Shown here: piece by piece, positions 6,052-10,490 of the stretch
Layout: each line of letters begins with the position of its first letter
Position numbering within the stretch: position 1 is the first letter of the stretch
Source of the DNA: a virus
Length of the DNA stretch: 10,490 nt
Strand: one strand, 5' to 3'
Virus genome (UHGV): UHGV-1632715
Notes under the pieces: model-generated
Databases searched by the model: none
Told to the model about the DNA's origin: nothing
What the model saw: the letters and a program-made list of their open reading frames with translations, nothing else
Translations under genes and position numbers: made by a program

Positions 6052-6563
6052 GCGAGATTAATTATCAGGAAGGGCATGAAACGGCAGGGGAGGCAAAAAC
6101 AGTTGCATGGCGATATCGCTACGTGAAAAAAGACGTTACAGACTTTCAGGGGAAGCCGTGGGCTGGTGACTGGAAATATGTACCGACAAAAGAGGATTGT
6201 AACGACAGGCCGAACTATGAAATTCAGGCCTTATTCATCGGCCCGCCAGTCCCGGTGACATCAGAAGGACTGGTTAAAGCCGTGCGCTTTTATGAACAGG
6301 TAAAGCGTGAGAATCCGCCAGTCGAAACAGGAGCATGGAAGGATGCTGTTGACTGGGTGCTCAGAGAGGCCTGCTGCGCTGCCATTCTGGGTAAAGCCGA
6401 CAATCCACCAGCATCCGGCAATCAGGTTAGCGAATTAACAATGTGGGTTAAACGACTGGTCAGTCAACTGAAAAAAGCTCAGCCGGACTGCAAATTACCG
6501 GAGAAGGCGATGGATTACCTGAAACGAAATGGACTGATAAGCGTGGAGGATGTTTTACGATGA
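6048..6563 (+). CDS. Hypothetical phage protein
   Basis: 171-aa ORF, translationally coupled to the upstream small ORF. No family recognised. Confidence 0.6.
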   Translation: MSEINYQEGHETAGEAKTVAWRYRYVKKDVTDFQGKPWAGDWKYVPTKEDCNDRPNYEIQALFIGPPVPVTSEGLVKAVRFYEQVKRENPPVETGAWKDAVDWVLREACCAAILGKADNPPASGNQVSELTMWVKRLVSQLKKAQPDCKLPEKAMDYLKRNGLISVEDVLR

Positions 6564-6683
6564 ATATTTAGACTAAAGAGTTTGTAACGCTATGTAAGTG
6601 ATTTTTTCTGGTTTAGATATTTATATGTCCGGCCAAATTGAGGTGTGTTTAAATGTTATTGCACATTGATTGTAGGGGGAATA

Positions 6684-6863
6684 ATGAAAAACGCATTGCA
6701 GTTTTTGTTTGTTGCGTTCTGGTTGTTCGCATCATGTATGCCCATCATCTTCACAGCAAGGTATATGGAAAAAATTGATGTTTTGATATTAATGTTTGGA
6801 CATATAAATGCCCTTTTTTTAGGGGTGTTCATGGCGGTCATGTGCATTGAATACTGGCGGTAA
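6684..6863 (+). CDS. Small hydrophobic protein (59 aa, two predicted TM helices) in AT-rich island
   Basis: ATG 6684 is preceded by AGGGGGA at 6673-6679. Hydrophobic segments ALQFLFVAFWLFASCMPIIF and INALFLGVFMAVMCIEYW. Base composition is visibly lower in GC than the flanks. Confidence 0.4.
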   Translation: MKNALQFLFVAFWLFASCMPIIFTARYMEKIDVLILMFGHINALFLGVFMAVMCIEYWR

Positions 6864-6918
6864 ATACAGCGAACGCCATTGGTTTAGTTGGATATTTACT
6901 GTGCCGGACAAAAACGGT

Positions 6919-6946
6919 TTGCGGGGAAATCTTAGTTAAGTAGAAT
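6919..6946 (+). promoter_or_regulatory. Candidate promoter for hok mRNA (-35 TTGCGG, 16-bp spacer, -10 TAGAAT)
   Basis: Hexamers at 6919-6924 and 6941-6946; the predicted start lies just upstream of the tac-like 5' element. Confidence 0.35.
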
Positions 6947-6950
6947 AACT

Positions 6951-6964
6951 GCGGGTGCTTGAGG
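6951..6964 (+). promoter_or_regulatory. 5' element of hok mRNA (tac-like) complementary to the 3' fbi-like element
   Basis: GCGGGTGCTTGAGG is the near-perfect reverse complement of CCTCAACGCACCCGC at 7329-7343, with one unpaired base. Confidence 0.55.
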
Positions 6965-7065
6965 CTATCTGTCTCAGGCATGAACACCAAAAGGCAGATA
7001 GAGAAAAGCCCCAGTTAACATTACGCGTCCGGCAAGACGCTTAACATTAATCTGAGGCCATATCT

Positions 7066-7272
7066 ATGCTCTACACACGTAGGTTAGCCTCTTACGGACC
7101 GAAAGGTCAAGGAGAAGCAGGCTATGAAGCAGCAAAAGGCGATGTTAATCGCCCTGATCGTCATCTGTTTAACCGTCATAGTGACGGCACTGGTAACGAG
7201 GAAAGACCTCTGCGAGGTACGAATCCGAACCGGCCAGACGGAGGTCGCTGTCTTCACAGCTTACGAACCTGA
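7066..7272 (+). CDS. mok-like overlapping reading frame (modulator of hok translation)
   Basis: 68-aa ORF in a different frame that starts 58 nt upstream of hok and spans almost all of it, as in hok/mok loci. Confidence 0.45.
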   Translation: MLYTRRLASYGPKGQGEAGYEAAKGDVNRPDRHLFNRHSDGTGNEERPLRGTNPNRPDGGRCLHSLRT

Positions 7273-7279
7273 GGAGTAA
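7124..7279 (+). CDS. hokD: Hok/Gef-family type I toxin (HokD/RelF-like), 51 aa
   Basis: Hand translation MKQQKAMLIALIVICLTVIVTALVTRKDLCEVRIRTGQTEVAVFTAYEPEE matches my recollection of HokD. Flanked by the mok-like frame, 5'/3' complementary elements and a terminator. Below the ORF-track length cutoff. Confidence 0.85.
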   Translation: MKQQKAMLIALIVICLTVIVTALVTRKDLCEVRIRTGQTEVAVFTAYEPEE

Positions 7280-7328
7280 GAGACCTGGCGAGGGAGAAAT
7301 CCCTCGCCACCTCTGATGAGTCAGGCAT

Positions 7329-7343
7329 CCTCAACGCACCCGC
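7329..7343 (+). promoter_or_regulatory. 3' fbi-like element of hok mRNA
   Basis: Complementary to 6951-6964; it lies between the hok stop and the terminator. Confidence 0.5.
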
Positions 7344-7349
7344 ACTTAA

Positions 7350-7377
7350 CCCGCTTCGGCGGGTTTTGTTTTTTCCT
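7350..7377 (+). terminator. Rho-independent terminator of hok transcript
   Basis: Stem CCCGC / GCGGG with a UUCG tetraloop (7350-7363), followed by the T-run ttttgttttttcc. Confidence 0.7.
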
Positions 7378-7446
7378 GGCATTCTGGTTTACAATTCGCA
7401 CGCCAGCCTGAACAACTGGCACCTGCTGCGCCAGCAGAGACAACCG

Positions 7447-7725
7447 ATGGCGCACGATACCAAATTACACAATTCTAATGATTCTGCCGTCTTTGCCAGT
7501 AGGTGCGGACGGCGTTTTCACGCATTCAAATCAGACTGGTTCCAGCATCCTCCATGCACTGAAGAGCAGGCGGAATGGATAATTCGGTGTTACCGCAGGC
7601 GCGGATACGAGGTTAAGAAAGCTCTTAGCCTCGACTACCGTCACTGGATAATCTCAGTCAGACTCCCTTACTCCGAACGCCCACCGCGTCCGTCCCGCAC
7701 ATTCCAGCAACGCATCTGGAGGTAA
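7447..7725 (+). CDS. Hypothetical small protein (Rem-like by position)
   Basis: 92 aa from ATG 7447; the track ORF starts earlier at a non-ATG codon. It sits between hok and the DUF968-like gene, as rem does in Qin, but the sequence identity is not recalled. Confidence 0.45.
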   Translation: MAHDTKLHNSNDSAVFASRCGRRFHAFKSDWFQHPPCTEEQAEWIIRCYRRRGYEVKKALSLDYRHWIISVRLPYSERPPRPSRTFQQRIWR

Positions 7726-7726
7726 C

Positions 7727-8785
7727 GTGCGGGTATTACTTCGACCTGTTCTGGTACCGGAACTCGGGCTGGTGATCGTTAAGCCGGGCCGTGAATCCAT
7801 GCCGGTATTCCACAATACCCGGGTACTGGTGGAGCCGGAACCGAAAAGCATGCGTAATCTGCCGTCCGGAGTCGTCCCTGCTGTTCGCCAGCCGCTGGCG
7901 GAGGATAAATCATTACTGCCATTTTTCAGCGACGAACGAGTGATTCGTGCTGCTGGTGGCGCTGGCGCATTGTCTGACTGGTTACTGCGCCATGTTAAAT
8001 CCTGCCAGTGGCCACACGGTGATTATCATCACAGCGAAACCGTCATTCACCGTTACGGTACCGGCGCGATGGTGTTGTGCTGGCACTGCGACAACCAGCT
8101 GCGTGACCAGACATCCGAATCACTCGGGCAACTTGCTCATCAAAACCTGTCAGCATGGATGATTGACGTCATCGGTCACGCAATAAGCGGTACGCAGGAG
8201 CGTGAATTATCTCTGGCTGAATTATCCTGGTGGGCGGTCCGCAATCAGGTGGCGGACGCGCTACCGGAAGCGGTATTACGTCGTTCGCTGGGGTTGCGTG
8301 CGGAAAAAATCCGCTCAATGTACCGTGAAAGCGACATCGTACCGGGAGAGCAGACCGCCACCAGCATACTGAAACAGCGCACAAAAAATCTTGCGCCGCT
8401 GCCTCACGCCCACCAGCAACAGAACCCACCACAAGAAAAGACGGTGGTCAGCATTGCCGTTGATCCGGAATCTCCGGCTCAGTATCTCCAGCGCCAGAAA
8501 CCACAACGGGAAGAGATGCCTGTATACACGCGCTGGGTAAAAACGCAGAAATGCATGACGTGTGGCAATCAGGCAGATGATCCGCATCACATCATTGGTC
8601 ATGGACTGGGAGGGATGGGAACAAAGGCTGACGATTTGTTTGTTATTCCGTTGTGCCGTAAATGCCATAACAAACTACATGCCGGAGTAAAAGATTTTGA
8701 AGAAAAACACGGCAGTCAGTTGTTGTTGCTGATTCGTTTTTTAATGCACGCGAGAAATTCGGGTGTTCTGAAGTGGAAAGCATAA
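7727..8785 (+). CDS. Possible DUF968-family phage protein (YdfU-like) with C-terminal HNH-like Cys/His motif
   Basis: 352-aa ORF with GTG start 5 nt after GGAGG (7717-7721), directly after the upstream stop. The C-terminus CMTCGNQADDPHHIIGHGLGG...CRKCHNKLH resembles an HNH/zinc-finger signature. The DUF968 assignment is from memory. Confidence 0.6.
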   Translation: MRVLLRPVLVPELGLVIVKPGRESMPVFHNTRVLVEPEPKSMRNLPSGVVPAVRQPLAEDKSLLPFFSDERVIRAAGGAGALSDWLLRHVKSCQWPHGDYHHSETVIHRYGTGAMVLCWHCDNQLRDQTSESLGQLAHQNLSAWMIDVIGHAISGTQERELSLAELSWWAVRNQVADALPEAVLRRSLGLRAEKIRSMYRESDIVPGEQTATSILKQRTKNLAPLPHAHQQQNPPQEKTVVSIAVDPESPAQYLQRQKPQREEMPVYTRWVKTQKCMTCGNQADDPHHIIGHGLGGMGTKADDLFVIPLCRKCHNKLHAGVKDFEEKHGSQLLLLIRFLMHARNSGVLKWKA

Positions 8786-9151
8786 ATGACCGAACGCATA
8801 GAATTTGTTTTGCCTTACCCGCCGACGGTGAACACTTACTGGCGACGCCGTGGCAGCACATATTTTATCTCGGAGGAGGGAAAGCGTTATCGCCGGGCTG
8901 TGGCGCTTATTGTTCGCCAGCAGCGGCTGAAATTAAGCCTGTCCGGAAGGCTGGCGATAAAGGTGATTGCAGAGCCACCGGATAAGCGTCGTCGCGACCT
9001 GGACAACATTCTGAAAGCACCGCTGGATGCGCTGACGCATGCGGGGTTGTTAATGGACGATGAGCAGTTTGATGAAATCAATATTGTACGTGGTCAGCCA
9101 GTATCTGGTGGACGGCTGGGTGTGAAGATTTACAAAATTGAGAGTGAGTGA
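8786..9151 (+). CDS. rusA: Holliday junction resolvase RusA
   Basis: 121-aa ORF; the core PDKRRRDLDNILKAPLDALTHAGLLMDDEQ aligns with E. coli RusA ([23 protein letters not shown]..DDAQ) as I recall it. Confidence 0.9.
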   Translation: MTERIEFVLPYPPTVNTYWRRRGSTYFISEEGKRYRRAVALIVRQQRLKLSLSGRLAIKVIAEPPDKRRRDLDNILKAPLDALTHAGLLMDDEQFDEINIVRGQPVSGGRLGVKIYKIESE

Positions 9152-9714
9152 GCGTAAATATGATATATCCGGAAATTACAGGCAAAAGCGGCGAGCATTT
9201 ACGCCTAAAAACGCTGGAAGCAGTCTGGATCCAAGGGCGATTACGGATGTGGGGGCGTTGGTCGTATATTGGCGGCGGTAAGACGGGAAATATGTTCAAC
9301 CAATTACTGACCTCTAAAAAGCTGACAAAAACGGCAATTAACGAGGCGCTCCGGAGGATGAAAAAAGCTGGTCTGGACAAACCTGAACTTGAGGCTTTTT
9401 TGCGGGATATGATCAACGGCAATCAAAAAAGCTGGCTGGCACATTGTACCGATTCAGAGGCGTTAATAATCGACAGGGTTATTGGCGAAGTCCTGGCAGG
9501 CTATCCCGGGCTGCTCAATGTCCTGAGTCAGCGTTATGTGGGGCGGGGGATGACTAAGCGCAAAATGGCTGAACTGCTGAATGATGCACACCCGGAATGG
9601 AGTTTAAGAACCTGTGAAAGACGCATTGAGCATTGGCTAAAGGTGGCAGAATTTATTTTGTACAAACCAATGGTTATGGCTTTTGGTATAGAGAAAAAAG
9701 TTATTGCTTTTTGA
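9148..9714 (+). CDS. Putative late-gene antitermination protein (Q-like), assigned mainly by position
   Basis: It is the last gene before a promoter-like sequence, a hairpin and a strong terminator, downstream of rusA as in lambdoid nin-Q regions. The start is either GTG 9148 (overlapping the rusA stop) or ATG 9160. I cannot match the sequence to a specific Q family. Confidence 0.5.
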   Translation: MSVNMIYPEITGKSGEHLRLKTLEAVWIQGRLRMWGRWSYIGGGKTGNMFNQLLTSKKLTKTAINEALRRMKKAGLDKPELEAFLRDMINGNQKSWLAHCTDSEALIIDRVIGEVLAGYPGLLNVLSQRYVGRGMTKRKMAELLNDAHPEWSLRTCERRIEHWLKVAEFILYKPMVMAFGIEKKVIAF

Positions 9715-9793
9715 CGTAAAAACTGCTTCAATTCCGGTACGCTTCGCAAAGCCGTACCACGAGGCGAATAGCAGACATGGACATTTGAAAGAG

Positions 9794-9816
9794 CCCGCTT
9801 TTTGCGGGTTTTTTTA
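9794..9816 (+). terminator. Rho-independent terminator (tR'-like)
   Basis: Stem CCCGC / GCGGG with loop TTTTT, followed by the T-run ttttttta. Confidence 0.8.
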
Positions 9817-9926
9817 TGCCTGAAAAACGGCACAGAACATTAAACGCGCTGGTGGTTGCGAATACCGGTCTTTCAGCTTGCTGGCTTTTCCGACAAGAGT
9901 TATTGGTATGTTACGTTAACCAGAAA

Positions 9927-10136
9927 ATGGAAAAAGACATGCTAAAACAGCAGGATATGACCGAAACCGCCAGAGTGGTGTTTAATGAATTAAGTGCCAC
10001 CGAACCGGCGACAGTCGGGGAGATTGCGCAGAATACTTACCTTTCACGCGAACGCTGCCAGTTAATACTGACCCAGCTTGTTATGGCGGGGCTGGCAGAC
10101 TATCAGTTCGGTTGTTACAGACGCCTTCAGTCCTGA
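9927..10136 (+). CDS. Small winged-helix-like protein, start uncertain
   Basis: The segment VFNELSATEPATVGEIAQNTYLSRERCQLILTQLVMAGLADYQ is wHTH-like. Candidate ATGs at 9927, 9939 and 9957; the track ORF begins at 9816, inside the upstream terminator. Confidence 0.4.
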   Translation: MEKDMLKQQDMTETARVVFNELSATEPATVGEIAQNTYLSRERCQLILTQLVMAGLADYQFGCYRRLQS

Positions 10137-10146
10137 AGGCTTTTTT
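10123..10146 (+). terminator. Rho-independent terminator
   Basis: Stem GCCTTCA / TGAAGGC (7 bp) with loop GTCC, followed by TTTTTT; the stop codon of the preceding ORF lies in the stem. Confidence 0.55.
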
Positions 10147-10466
10147 ATTTGTGGTAAATGGGCGGCTGGTGGGTGTGGTGGTTGTTGCTTTCCCGTTGCT
10201 GAAAAAGAAAGCATCAGGCGATTAGCAGGGTATCAGTTACCCGTTGAAATTTTTAAATACCTCACAATTCAGGCGGTTGACTGTTGTCTGGTTTGCGGGG
10301 AGTTTGTTAAAAGAAACTGGCATGGTGAATCCCCCTGTGCGGAGGGGCAATCAGCAACTGGTGTTTTGTCACCGACCCTTATCCTTTCTGTGCGGGTTCA
10401 GGTGCTGATACTGAACTCACCGGGAGGCACCCGGCACCATGCAATGGCACATAGCGCCACTCTCCA

Positions 10467-10490
10467 GCCCCTCTCCGGAGGGGCTTTCTT
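10467..10490 (+). terminator. Hairpin with short T-rich tail, possible terminator, truncated by window end
   Basis: Stem GCCCCTC / GAGGGGC with loop TCCG, followed by tttctt. Confidence 0.35.

Noticed and set aside
10380-10440. Possible tRNA, suggested by a sequence ending in CACCA and GC-rich stems
   Set aside because: No T-arm (GTTCRANYC-like loop flanked by a 5-bp stem) or acceptor-stem pairing could be built by hand; more likely incidental hairpins.
1-10490. Integrase, attachment site, IS element or other mobile-element boundary
   Set aside because: No recombinase-like ORF, terminal inverted repeat or target-site duplication is visible; the window appears to lie entirely inside the prophage.

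Overview
This window reads as the immunity, replication, nin-like and Q segment of a lambdoid enterobacterial prophage, resembling the CP-933P/Rac/Qin group of E. coli; all similarity calls are from memory and by eye, with no searches run. On the minus strand at the left sits an operon of HTH repressor, small antitoxin and ParE-family toxin (PaaR2-PaaA2-ParE2-like). A divergent operator region carries two related palindromes, and the rightward operon then runs Cro-like (YdaS), CII-analogue (YdaT), an O-like initiator with a DnaT-like C-terminal region and in-gene iterons, and a lambda-P-like protein. A chain of translationally coupled genes of unknown function follows, including a DUF4406-like protein and two small, very acidic proteins. 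Next come an AT-rich island with a tiny two-helix membrane ORF and a complete hok/mok-type type I toxin locus, in which hok (51 aa) was missed by the ORF track. The right end holds a possible DUF968 protein, RusA, a putative Q-like late regulator with a strong terminator, a small winged-helix ORF and a structured GC-rich tail. No integrase, rRNA, tRNA or CRISPR array is supported. I did not find a system I can confidently call novel; the most likely places for undescribed function are the acidic-protein pair, the AT-rich membrane-ORF island and the coupled hypothetical block.
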